DNA of 64,000 nucleotides, taken from positions 5,905 through 69,904 of the forward strand of contig MQRK01225673.1 of assembly GCA_001938485.1 (NCBI GenBank). The letters are read 5' to 3'. The position numbers and the translations under genes are program-made. Below are positions 25,858 to 38,245 of the stretch, one piece after another (position 1 is the first letter of the stretch; each line of letters starts with the position of its first letter). Under the pieces are notes generated by a model. That model was not told where the DNA came from. It saw only the letters and a list, made by a program, of their open reading frames with translations, and did not search any database. The DNA comes from Girardia tigrina. Taxonomy: Eukaryota.

Positions 25858-27348
25858 GCTTATTCTACATTTTGAAATGAAAGATGTTAGAAATTTGCAA
25901 AAAGATACTGTTTTCTCAGAAATGTAGGGCTTAACATAATTTTTCGTAAAGTACGGTTGTAGGAATGTTTTAAAAATCAAAGAATCTGATTAGAAAGAAC
26001 TTCTAAATTTTAGAATAAAACGTATGTTTTTGTTGTCAAAAACTTCAAATTTTTAAGAAATTTCTTAAGAAGTTTCTTACTTACCTCCAAATCTATTTTT
26101 TCTATATAATATATTTTTTCATTTCCTTGTATTATTCATTCCATATTTATAATTAGTTCACAAATATTTCAAAAACAATAATAAAATAAATGTCAAAAAA
26201 CAAAAACTAAAACTTCCAATTTTGCCACAAAAATTCGTTTATATTTACTATTTAAAACGAAGTTTTCAGAAATTTTTCAATTAAAATTGACGTTTTACAT
26301 CAGCGATGTTTTACTGATTAATTAACCAACAAATTTGTCCGACTGACCCCCTCCTGGAATTCAATTTAATTATTTCCAAATAATAAAATCATAATTTTAA
26401 AATTTTTAATAAGAATAATTTGAATTGTCAAATTTATATTCACTTTTACGATTTGATAATATAAATATAAATAATTTGATTTTATTTTTATTTATATTTT
26501 CAATTAACTGATATCCTATATTGAATTGAAAACAAATAATTAATAACAAAATGTAATAAAGTTAAATAAATACTTTTTCATCTATTTTCACGGTATTCTT
26601 TTCTATTTGGATTAATTTGAAGAGTTTTTAGTGCTCTTCGAGTGTTTGAAGGATTACTTTATTTTGTATAAAAATGTGATACCTTTGATTTATAAAAATA
26701 ATTACTTTCTGTGTTTTATCTGTTCTATAAATATATTATTTTTTATATATTATATATTTTAAAATAATATTTTTTCTGTTTTAGTTATTGATTGTTAGTC
26801 GCATTGATGCAATTTTTGGAATTCTTAATTAACAGAAATATTTATTATTATAACATACAAATTTTCGTTAATTGAGTTTGTCATTTCGCAAACTTCTTCA
26901 TTAATTTCGTTGTATTTATTATTGCTACGTTTGATCCCCAGGTTGCCTTGAATGCCGGTCGGTGGTAGAAAAGGAGTGCAAGGAAACTAATTTAAAGAGC
27001 TCAGTCTCGGTGTGCTGGTCCCATTAATCATGAAATTCATTTAAATTTCCTTTATGATTACAAATTTTAGATTGTCGAAAATAAAACCCAAGAAAATAAT
27101 TCTTCGTGATAATCATTGGAAAATACGAATTCGATAAACAAAATTTATTTTTAGTAAAAAAATATCTTCTTTAATTGAGACCACAAATAAAACAAGCAAA
27201 AAATCTACAACTATGAAAACCGCAATCGACAAAAATTCAAAAACCCAATAATTCGAGAGTGCTCGGAATCGAAAATTTCATTCGTGCAAAATAAAAAATA
27301 TTAATTATTCAATCACAAACTAGTAAATCAAAAAATTAAATTTTTATA

Positions 27349-27651
27349 TCCATTCTTTATGCAGACAAAACTCAACTTTGTTAACAAATTTTTAAGATTT
27401 AAATAATTTTAATTTAAAAAACACAATAAAATTAATATAAACTACTTATAATTTATAACTAGATATCTTGCAATTAATATTGTTCGGGTACTACGAATTT
27501 TCTGTTTTTTCCCATTTTTGGATCTTAAAAAGATTTTTTTGATCAAATTTTACATAATCATTTATTGTCATCGAGAATGAGTAAGTGTACAAAGTTTGAA
27601 GAAAATCGATTGAGTAAAAAGCCTTCAAAAATAGGTTTCTGAATTCCATGG
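27349..27651 (+). repeat. Non-autonomous dispersed repeat (tentatively Helentron/HINE-like), copy 1
   Basis: Reverse-complement match to 63697-64000 over ~300 bp; weaker match to 54110-54430; ends CCATGG next to TA repeats. Confidence 0.8.
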
Positions 27652-27664
27652 CCATATATTTATA

Positions 27665-30100
27665 TGGTCATTTCCATTCGTTAAATGTGTCCTTTGACAG
27701 ACAAAAAAAATGATTTTTAAGTCATTTAAATGCCATATTTTGTTTTTATTTGTTGATAAAAGAAAATTCTTCTTGAGAGCATTAATAATAATTCAAATGT
27801 TAGGGGATTTTGCTCAGGGTTCAATAACAAAATTTCAAAAAAACATGCGTTAGGTGCGTAATGTGAAAAAGGCATGTGTTTTTGAAACCCATTTTCGCAC
27901 TTAATTTCCTGTGCAACTGTTTGACTAATCTTGATAGTTTTTATTTAGCAGGTGTACTAAGGTAAGTAGAATCAGTTAGAAATCTGAAATTCAATAAAAG
28001 TCCTCGCAGTATTGATTCAGTCATAAATTTAGCTCGTTAGGTGCGTCACTACGAATTTCATTATGTGTGTCATCAGATGCTTTTCAGGTTTAAATATAAG
28101 TCCAAGAAAGTTATATTCGTTACCAGTTGTTAAGATAATTGATATTTCTGTCATGTTTCAGTGAAAATAAAATGACCACGATGATCATTAATTGACTGGA
28201 ATGGCAGCAGTTCAATATTTTGAAGAGGTTCATAAGAAATATCATCGACCACAGGGAATACATATGTGTTTTTCGTTGTTGTCGAAGAAATTTCACACCA
28301 ATTTCCTTATCACCAACTTCAATAATGCTAACCAATAATCATTTCCATTTTCCCATTTTATCCAAAAGGATGCAGGTTACATCCTGTCCACATTCGAATG
28401 TTTGATTTGCACCAGAGGACGAATCATTGCTAGTGGTGTCGTTTCCGCTGGTGTCAATAAAGGTGACGATAAATCAAGATACACCACTGAGACCGGGACC
28501 TTTTCAGGAGTAAATCGATAGCGGTGTTAAATCGATACCACTAGGAAAACATTCCCAGTGGTGGTCCGATGAGATGTCACTTACTTTTGAGCTGTTGCAA
28601 ACACTCGTTCAGCATTTGTACATTCAAGAATTTCCTTTTCTTTCCCAGGAGATGACAAAATTGCATTGATAGTTCCTGATGAATCCTTTAATGTGACAAA
28701 GAAATCCTTAGCATTCATTACGTTGAGTACTTTTCTTGCTTGAATAGCACGCCAGAAAGTTCTCTTTGCAGCACCGCCAACACCATCTGACATTTTCAGA
28801 ATCCACGACATACGATGTTGGTGTCGATGCTGCCTTGAAAATACAGGCTCTAAAAACCGTCACTTGGAATTGCATTCAGTGAGCCTGATGAACTTCTTCC
28901 TGATGAGAGCAGGTAAAGTTTTCGGCGAAATCGATATGCAAAAGCACTTCGTTAATTGAAGAATTTGCTTTCGTGGTGCGATAATTACTGGCTTGTGTCC
29001 GCTTGACGAAATGATGAAGCACAAGAGAGAGTATTTCTTGTTTAACACCCTGGAAAGATATAAGCTGGTAAAATATACAACGGAAACAGCATTTATCAAA
29101 ACTAGGGTACCAGCAAAAGACTCGTGACCTTCTCAGTAATCTTGATTTTATAATATTTATCTCGCTTTATGGAATCATTAAACGCTTTTGCCATTGAGAA
29201 AAGGTAAAAATGTTCTTCATAAGAAACTTCTGCTGGTAAAATGACAAGACTTGCATTTTTACAAACGGAGCATTTGTTAAGATAGCAATTAGGGGAAGGT
29301 GGACGACAAACCACATTCTGCTCGATCCAATTCTCATCCTATTTTTGCAAATATGGGATAGCACATTTACCTTGTGAATAAAATTGAAATTAGTGGCACA
29401 CACACAGATGTTCAAAGGTGTTTCGTTGCAAAGAAGAACATTTGGAGGACGCAAACTAGCAAATTTTGATTTGCCTATGACCAGGCAAATGATAAGAAGA
29501 TAAGAGTTGTTGATAAGCCTCTATCAATTTCATCACCAAATGCCTCTAAAAATATATAATTTCATCACTAACTTATCAAAGATAATTTAATCTGAATAAT
29601 GTACCTTCTGCAAAAACTGACTTCCAAATTTTATGTAGTCCCGTAGACCAGAAGATATACGTGTTATGTCATCCTGTTCAAAAAAGTCAGTCACCTTCTT
29701 AATCACGTCTTCGGATAAGCACAACAAATGGTTTTTAGGTGAAGCACGATGCTTTATTCCCAACAAGGCTTTAACAACTTGGTTCTTAACAAACGCATGC
29801 TTACGAGATGACGGACGCCGTTAAAAACAGCTAGACTCGATCCGACGAAGTGGGGATACCGAGGTCGAATCGAGCGATCGTTCGGCAGGCGAGATTTGCA
29901 GATTATGTGTGCACAGGAAAGACAGAACCAGATCAGAGCGCTACTCTCCAGTACACAGACGGTGTATGCGTTTGTGACTTGAAGGCAAGGGAGAGTGTAG
30001 TGGAAATAACAGAAAAGTCGTTTAAATAATCTAAATATTGAGATTAGTTTGAAACTGTTGTGATATAAATAAATTTTCAGTATTCTCATGCACATTAAAT
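27665..30100 (-). pseudogene. Fragmented DDD/E DNA transposase (Sola-like, superfamily tentative)
   Basis: In order on minus strand: LSEDVIKKVTDFFEQDDITR, IGKSKFASLRPPNV..CVC, CYLNKCSVC, VLLHIDFAEN, SDGVGGAAKR; many frameshifts and deletions; boundaries approximate. Confidence 0.75.
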
Positions 30101-31371
30101 TTATTTAAAATCTTTTAAATTAGCATGTTTTTATGCATAAAAGTAAGCAAATAACAAAAAATATCAGCTATTGTCAATCAAAAGATTTTTTTAACTGTTC
30201 ATATTTGAATTTTAAGAATATTCTAAATTTGATCTATATTGTCTTTACCAGAGATTGAGAAAGATAGAGGATGATGAATTTATATGAAATATAAATGATA
30301 ATTACTGATATAAAATTTTAATTCCAAACAATTATCCTAAATTTTATCCTTGTTTTAATTTTATTAATATTAATTTATTAAATTCTACTACTTTTTTAAA
30401 TTTTTTATTTATTCAATCTTGCTTTTTTATATTTATTTTAAATATAAATAAAATTATTAAATGCAATTTACATTAACGCTAATTTCTTTCAAATTGTTTT
30501 AAAAAACATATTTAACTTAATTTTAATTTTTAAAAAAATAATATTGTTGTAAAATTTAATTACAAATTTACATTTTAAAATTTATCTTGTTTATTTTTTT
30601 TTATTTTTAAACTCTTATTTTAAAACTTTCATTAATTGTTTAATTTTTCTTAAAATTTTTTATTAAAAAAATTATAACTTATTTGGCGAATATAAAATTT
30701 TAACTAACTCCTCATATTAATATTTCACTTTTTTTATCATTTATCAGAATCCTCTTATATATTGTAGACGAAATAAGGAAACCCGTTTTAGGAGAATTAT
30801 TTTCAATTTTTCAAACATCAGACCAAAAAAGATTCCGTTTTGAACTAAGATTAACAACAGACTTCTACGAAAATTTCTATTAAAACACAGAGACAGGAAT
30901 GAACGATAAATAGTCAGTCCCAGTCTAACAAGTATTAACAGATTTTGAATCAGTTAATGGAATATTTTCCCTAATTTGTAATAGAGATAATAAAGAAACA
31001 CATGTATAAATATAAAAAATACATGTGCTAATTTAGAATATTAGGAGATCAAAATATATTTTTGTGTCAATGCATGATACAAAATAAATTATTTTAAGTT
31101 ATTAAAATAAATTTTATAAAATGTTAATAAAAATATAATAGATACATGTTTTTATAATGATCCGATAATTAGTTAGATTAGAAAATCAGCATCGTCATTA
31201 TCATAATTACTTTTTTTATTTATATTTTATAAAAAAAATAAGTTGGAATAAGATTTCGTGAATTTTTTATGTCACAATAAATACAGTTTTTAAATTAAAA
31301 TTTTAATTTAAAATTTTTATGGTAAAGCGCAATAATATTAAATCAATTGAATCAATTAAATGTAAATTAAT

Positions 31372-31408
<37 letters not shown>

Positions 31409-31597
31409 TATAAATTGTATTTTAGAACATTTTACTATATTTTGTCGATATTAACCATTAGGTTCTGGTCAATATTAAAATGTTTCATTTTTAATATTAC
31501 TACATTTATTAGATTGTTGTTTTGTCTTATTATATATTTATTTGTTAGGATGGAATTTTTATATCCATTGATTGCTACTTTTGAGTGCAGCTAAATA

Positions 31598-31935
31598 TTG
31601 GGTTGGCTAAAAAGTCATTGCGTTTTTGAGTACGTCCTAATAAAAAGGTTGAAAATACAAAACGATTTGATAAAATTTAAATACAATTATATATTCTGAA
31701 ACCTTAATTTTCAGACTATGTTCATACAAAATATTAATTGATTTAGTTTTAATTTATTACTTTACCGTCAATTCGAAATGGAAAATCAAAATGAGCATAT
31801 TCGTCATGTTTTGTTGCATTATTTTTGCAAAGGAAAAAACGCTGTGCAAGCTCATAAGAAGATATGTTTTGTATATGGTAGTGACTCCTTAAAACTTCGA
31901 CAGTGTCAATACTGGTTTTCGAAATTACGTTCTGA
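31598..31935 (+). mobile_element. mariner (mellifera-subfamily-like) 5' fragment
   Basis: TA-TTGGGTTGGCTAAAAAGTCATTGCGTTTTT TIR; ORF from 31778 MENQNEHIRHVLLHYFCKGKNAVQAHKKICFVYG..LRQCQYWFSK. Confidence 0.9.
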
Positions 31936-31949
31936 AAAATATTATGCAA

Positions 31950-32690
31950 ATGATTCGGAACTTATAAACTATGGAATTGTGCAAATACAAGGGATAATTG
32001 AAAGGATAGAGAAAGCAATTTTTTGTAGTCAAAGATCTAGATCCTAAAATAATAGCAGGGGTAGAATATTTGGACAAATTTGAAATAAAATTGAAGAAAG
32101 AACCACCTCACAGTGAGAAAGTACTATTTATGCAAGAGAACCCCTCTGATGAGGATAGACAAAAATGATAAAAGAGCTGTACAAAAATAAATTCGACGAC
32201 CAACTAATGGAAAGTTTAACAGAATCTAAATCAATATTTATGGTCGACAAATGGGATATTGGAAGAACCTTACTGACAAAAAAATAAAAACAAAATACAC
32301 GGAGAACCGGTATTCGCGAAACCTTATCGACAAACGAAACATTTCGAAGAAAAATTAGACGATGTCATGAGAAATTATGAAGAAAACCATATTATCGAGA
32401 AGTGCATTTCTCACTGGAATTTACCTCTGTTATGTGTTTGTAAAAGGATAAACAGGACATTTGAGTATGTGTAGATTTTTGACAATTGAACAAAATGAAG
32501 ACAAAACCTGCATTTACAATGCGAAATGTAGAGGAGATGCTAAACACACTAAATGAAGCAAAGTATTTTAGCACAATTGGCTTGGGAAGCGCATACCATC
32601 AAGTAGAGCTGAAAGATTAATAAAAAATTAAAATATCATATCAACAAAGAATGACCTACTTCAAGACTCTACTTCAAGAGAATGCCATTC
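31950..32690 (+). pseudogene. pol: Gypsy protease/RT fragment
   Basis: KWDIGRT, PYRQ, SHWNLPLLCVCKKD, CVDF*QLN, KYFSTIGLGSAYHQVEL; related to 59180-59620. Confidence 0.85.
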
Positions 32691-32959
32691 TGAATTGATG
32701 GGAGATTGATATTTAAAAACTTCAGATTATTTATTTAATTTTAAAATTTAAATAAATAACTTTAAACTTTTCAAAGACATTACTGACAACTAATGAATTC
32801 TACAATTGATCATTCAGGTACATCTGAATATACAATCTATCTGCTTCCAGTACTTCAATGCTAATGGATAGAAACTTCTTGGATGTGTCTGAAACATGTA
32901 TCGTATTTCTTTATTCCTGTTATATTACAAAATTATTAATTTTAAAAAGCAACTAAAAA

Positions 32960-33530
32960 TGACAAAAAATTATTTTATTTTAATAAATTTTTCTTTTGTA
33001 AATTCGAAATAATTTTGGTTCTTTTTCGGACCTCTTAATTTCTTCTTTAAATTAAGAATATTAACATCGAAAAGATTAGTTAATTTAAAAATATTCAAAA
33101 ACCAAAATAAGTACGAAGATTTCATATTCTTACAAAAATACGCACAAGAACAGGAATGATCTTGCCATTTTTTAATAACAGTAATATAACATAAATAAAG
33201 AATAAATCTTTGTAAAATATGATGTATACTTTGAGATCAAGAAATTCTGTATGACTTTTTGTAAAAACAACATCCTCTTCATTAGAATTGTGACTGGAAA
33301 ACAAGTACATATGACTTTTTCCTATTTGCTTCAAATTTTTCTTTTAATAAATAACTAATTCATCTTTGATATAAGTCTTTTTAAACAAGGAATCGTTTTT
33401 TAATACTTTTTGCAATGTTAAAAATTTGCATATTTTTCTGTTTTCAGTAGATTGGATCTTTCAAGAGAATTGTTCGTTGATGGAGAAATTACATCAGAAG
33501 ATTCAAACCAATTTTGATTTTTATTCACGT
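32960..33530 (-). pseudogene. MULE transposase C-terminal remnant with SWIM-like finger
   Basis: NWFESSDVISPSTNNSLERSN (MULE TNNxxESxN), SCSCAYFCKN, RGPKK. Confidence 0.7.
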
Positions 33531-34114
33531 AAAGCAAAAGAATAATATCAATATATGACTGAAATATTTTCAGAAATTTCCATGAATATTTTCAAAAAGT
33601 TATGGATATTTTAACATTTTATGGAAAAAATCAATAATCTATGGATATTTCAACAATCTATGAAAACAGCCATAATATATGAAATAAAAACATTTTAAAT
33701 GTTGTATATTAAACTATATACTTTAAAAATTTTCACATTTAAATACTGTACTTTTTACGGGTTGCGTTGCTGAAACCATTTAGGATACTCTGATAAACTT
33801 GTTTTACTAGTTCATTTACCATTCTTAAAGTTAAGGTTGTAAAATTCTCTTTGTCTGAATTGGCAAGCATCCTTAACCGAAAACTGTTAACAAAAAATGA
33901 GTTTATTTCTTTGGTTTTCTAATGGAATTCTCAAACACTGTTGCATTAATTTTACACTTTACAGGAGTTAAAAATATATTTTTTATTCATTTTCATTGAA
34001 AAAAATATAGTATTTAACAAATTAGGATAATATGTATAATTACAGTAATTTTAGAGAGTAAATGAGTCCCAAGTGTATAAATATAATACATTATTATAAT
34101 GAAAGCAGATATAC

Positions 34115-34120
<6 letters not shown>

Positions 34121-34162
<42 letters not shown>

Positions 34163-34212
34163 NNNNNNNNNNNNNNNNNNNNNNNNNNNNNNNNNNNNNN
34201 NNNNNNNNNNNN

Positions 34213-34243
<31 letters not shown>
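34121..34243. repeat. (TA)n microsatellite spanning an assembly gap
   Basis: TA runs either side of N 34163-34212. Other TA runs at ~31379, ~38201, ~42021, ~51033 and ~63669. Confidence 0.95.
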
Positions 34244-34245
<2 letters not shown>

Positions 34246-35565
34246 ATATAGAAGTATAATAAGCTGTATTTAATATGTGATTTCGTAAGTATAAATAGCC
34301 TATTAGCTACAGTTCCATAACAAAATGAGTTAGTAAAATATATGCGATAAAATAATAAATCTGGAATACATTGGACGAAGGGGATAAAAACTAGTAAAGG
34401 ACTGTATATTAATCAGTAAGCAAGCTGTTAGGAACTCAAAAGCCAGATGAAATTTTTTTGAATGTACAGATTATTTGAAATATTAATTTTTGTTTATTCG
34501 GAAATTTAAAGGTCACTTAAAATTAGTAATCAAAGTTATAAAATAAGTGAGAAGAATTTTTGTAAAACGTAAATTCACAACATAAAATTAAAAGTAAATA
34601 TTGATATCATAATTTTTTTCCGGTTTAAGATCGATAAAAATTAACAAAAAAATGTTTCTCAAATAATTTTATGGGAACATTATATTAGATAACAAAGATA
34701 TTGCCTAAATACTGGCAACTAGGGGCAATTTGAACAGCGAAAAAAAGATAAAGAAAAATTGTTATTTATTTGTGAGGAATATTTAAAATTCTTTGAATGT
34801 GTGAATATATTAATGCTGAATGTAGATTCGATTATATTGAACTTAGAATGGTGATTCTCCCACCCAGATTGAAATTGGTATTTTTTGTATTTACAATAAT
34901 ATTTAAATTAATAATTTGATAAGTTTATATTTTTAAAATTAACAATTAAAATAAAGTGTGATATTTTTTTTAAAATAGAAAAGCGTTTAATTAGATATAA
35001 ATAAAACTAATAAAATTTAAATTAAATTCATTTTTAACAATTTGATAACATTATTATTTTAATTTTTTATAAAAAATGTGCTGGGTGTGATATTATTAGT
35101 GCTGGATTTTATATTATTATTTTAATTTTATTAATTTAAATTTATGTGTTTCATGGTATGCTTTAGCATCTGAGTTTATTTTGACCCAACATATAATTTA
35201 GATATGTCTCTCCGCTAAGTGTCTCTAACTCACACTTATTAGAGATCCATATCATACCCCATCAACCTCATCTGGCCCTTTTATCTCGCCAGTGAAGTTG
35301 ATGAAGTACCTATTGGGTTCTACATTATATTTAAATATATTAAGTCTATGAAATTTGACTTATGCTACTTCTATTTAATTAATGATTATCTTATTTTTTT
35401 CCTTAACATGTTTTTTTATTCGATTATTATATTTCTTATTATGAGTTTATCATTTTCATATCAGAGATTAAAGTTAAAAGAACATGAACAAATTATAGGT
35501 TGACGTTGTTTTTATTAAAATATAACAAAAGAAAATGCTAATCAAAGGCAATCCACCCTTCGTCC

Positions 35566-36336
35566 CTAATCATCCAAATCTGATAGATTGACAAACTCTT
35601 CACCTTTACCAATTGTGATAGAGCGGACCTGTAGGCGGTTACGATTCTCCTTCTGAATTTCAAGTTTTGACTTAAAGTCCAGCCATTCTTGTTGTTCTGT
35701 AGTCCCTTGGAAATTATTTGGAAAAAGCAACGAAATTTGATGCGAGGTATCAAAATCAGAAGACTCTCTTTGACTGGTGTCATTTCTGATTACCGTCTTT
35801 TCATCTTGGACGTCAACCTCAATACGACTGGTTTTAAAAACAGCTTGCAGTTCATTCTTGGCCTGTTGAAACATTTGAGCCTTTCGCTTCCTCTGCTCCA
35901 GCCGCTTCTGAGATCTGCTTAGCACCTCAGAGGAAGATGATGCCATATCCTCTTTCATAATTGACCCATAAATGTTTGGATTGGTCACCAGAGGCTTCTT
36001 TTCCGTATTTGATCCAATCTTGCTTGATGTTTCTATAATTATTTCCGGTTGCTCTTCTGAGACCTTTTCGATCACCTTCTTGTAGTAGCTGGACATATTT
36101 TGCAGAATTCTCATCTCGGTGACCTCGTTTTGCAAGGACTTTATTTTTGTTTTCCCAATAAATATTTATCCACAATTGTGAATTGATAGAGGAACTGAAT
36201 GCTTTCTGTAGTCCTCAAATTCGGTTTTCCTCTTCGTCAATTCGTCATTCAGCTTGACACATTCGCCTTTCCATTTCTGCAACTTCAGCAGCAGTTCTCT
36301 TTGTTGCTCTTTGTTTTCGTTATATTTCCTATCCAT
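35566..36336 (-). pseudogene. Orphan charged/coiled-coil protein (~256 codons, one internal TAA)
   Basis: ORFs 36166-36381 and 35566-36135 share a frame; reading from ATG 36336 (MDRKYNENKEQQRELLLKLQKW) meets a single stop at 36166-36168. Confidence 0.6.
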
Positions 36337-36459
36337 GCTGAATAAGGACGATGAGTGGATTAAAAAAAATAAAAAAAACAAAAAAATAATAGATGGAGGC
36401 TGAGAGAAACGAATTCTCTTCTAGAAATGAAACTTGGCTAGGACTTTCTCAAACTTCCA

Positions 36460-36645
36460 GATCGTCAATAGTCTCGGCAGGCACTATAAGCACCTGCCTT
36501 TAATCTATTAACAGATCGGCAGTCATCAAATTACCTCACAACCTGTTCATATTCCCTACCTGATCGTCAATAGTCTCGGCAGGAACTATAAGCCCCTACC
36601 GTTATCTATCGACAGATCGGCAGCCTTCAGGATGTTCCCCAACCT
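36460..36645. repeat. Imperfect 102-bp tandem duplication
   Basis: GATCGTCAATAGTCTCGGCAGG.ACTATAAGC...ACAGATCGGCAG at 36460 and 36562. Confidence 0.9.
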
Positions 36646-38195
36646 CCATCAACTTCATAAAAAGGAAACAAAATCCAAAAATTACCTAAGTACAAAACAA
36701 AAATTTTTTTAAATAAAATTTATTCAAGGAAAAAAGTCTGATCAAGTGCACAAATTCGGATGAATTTATACCAATCTTTCATCACAAAAACTCACAGAAC
36801 CAGCAAGCAAACAATTCTCACAGTCAACCTTCAATCATCCATCACTAAGTCAACAGTCCTCAGATAGAAACAACCCGGAGATGGCCAAAATTCCGATCAA
36901 ATTTACGTCAACAAATCAGGTCATCAAATTCTCACAAGAAAATATTCAAATCGACAGGATCCAAGGGTCAAAACCAATTAAAAGTTTCTATTTTTTAATT
37001 AATTAATTATAAATTATCATTATAATATTTTATTTTTCGTTTTTTAGATTTTGGGAGTTTTTCCTTCGCCTGCCTCGGTGCCGGTGCAATGAATAGGCCC
37101 GAGGCTGACGTGAAGGGAAAACTCACTGGTACCAACAAATGGTTAAAATTATTATTTTTAATTGGTATGTTTATAAATTAAGTATTTTAAAAAGATATAG
37201 AAAAAATGTACAAATAGGCATTTATAAAAATAGAAATAAAAAAACCAATTAGAACAATGTCAAACGGTGAACGATATTCCGAGAGTTGTTATGACTCTAA
37301 ATGTGTTAATGATAAATCTTCAAATAAAAATCGTCTCAGTTTTCTTAACAGTGTGTGGAGCGGAAACCTTGCCTCCACATTAAATTGGGGACGTCTGATT
37401 TTCAAGCCAATGTAAAGGTACGCAAATAAAAACGAAGGCCTAATTTCTATTGAAATTAATGTCACTTTTCGATCAGGAAATAAAGAGTTTGATTAAATAA
37501 TTACAAATCGATTGAATTATCTCAATGCAATTTTTATCATCCTGATTATAATGATGAGATCCAGAAAAATGTTATTTATCATCGATAAAATCGAGTTGTC
37601 GTTTTTAAATTCATTAACTATATTTGAAACTTTTATTGAATTTAATTTAAACGCCTTATCATAAGGCTTTGTCAAACTGTCGATTGATGAAAACCAATTT
37701 GTTATTTTTGGTGAAAGTAATTTTTTCATCTCATTGTATTTATCAAAAGAACGAAATAAAAAGTGAAAATCATATATTTGATAGAACATTTTTTAACATC
37801 GCAATTGACATTCTTTACAAGTTTTATTTATTTTTACGAAAATTTTGATTAAATTTCATCGAACAAAGACATTCATACACATAAAAATTACACACACGCA
37901 AACATCCAATCAAATTTCCTTCTTTTTCTTTTTATTGAACAGACACACATTTAATCACATTCACACATATTAATCACATTCAAACACACATACAATCAAT
38001 CAACAATTTGTATTTACACACATACTCGGATTACATAATTTACAATTATTTTATGATTTGGTGAATAATAATCACCAAATCAATTCAAATAAATTCCCAG
38101 ATTAAGAATAATAAAAAAGCGGAATATAAAAAAGATCCAACAAGAAGAAAAGACGAAACAGAAAACCAATAATTAAAATATTGCGCCAAAATGAA

Positions 38196-38245
<50 letters not shown>

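Larger units (their letters stand above)
35079..37137. mobile_element. Unclassified 2059-bp TG...CA insertion with 4-bp TSD (long solo LTR or integrase-mobilised non-autonomous element)
   Basis: Termini TGCTGG...CCAACA; AATG at 35075-35078 and 37138-37141; removing it restores the host LTR. Confidence 0.85.
34771..37350 (+). mobile_element. LTR of TGTGAGGAATA family, split by a 2-kb insertion
   Basis: 34771-35078 and 37138-37350 together are collinear with solo LTR 12376-12865; ends TTTCTTAACA; no matching TSD. Confidence 0.85.

Noticed and set aside
37400-38035. Possible minus-strand LTR starting TGTAATCCGAG with a GT-rich tract
   Set aside because: Other end and TSD could not be identified.
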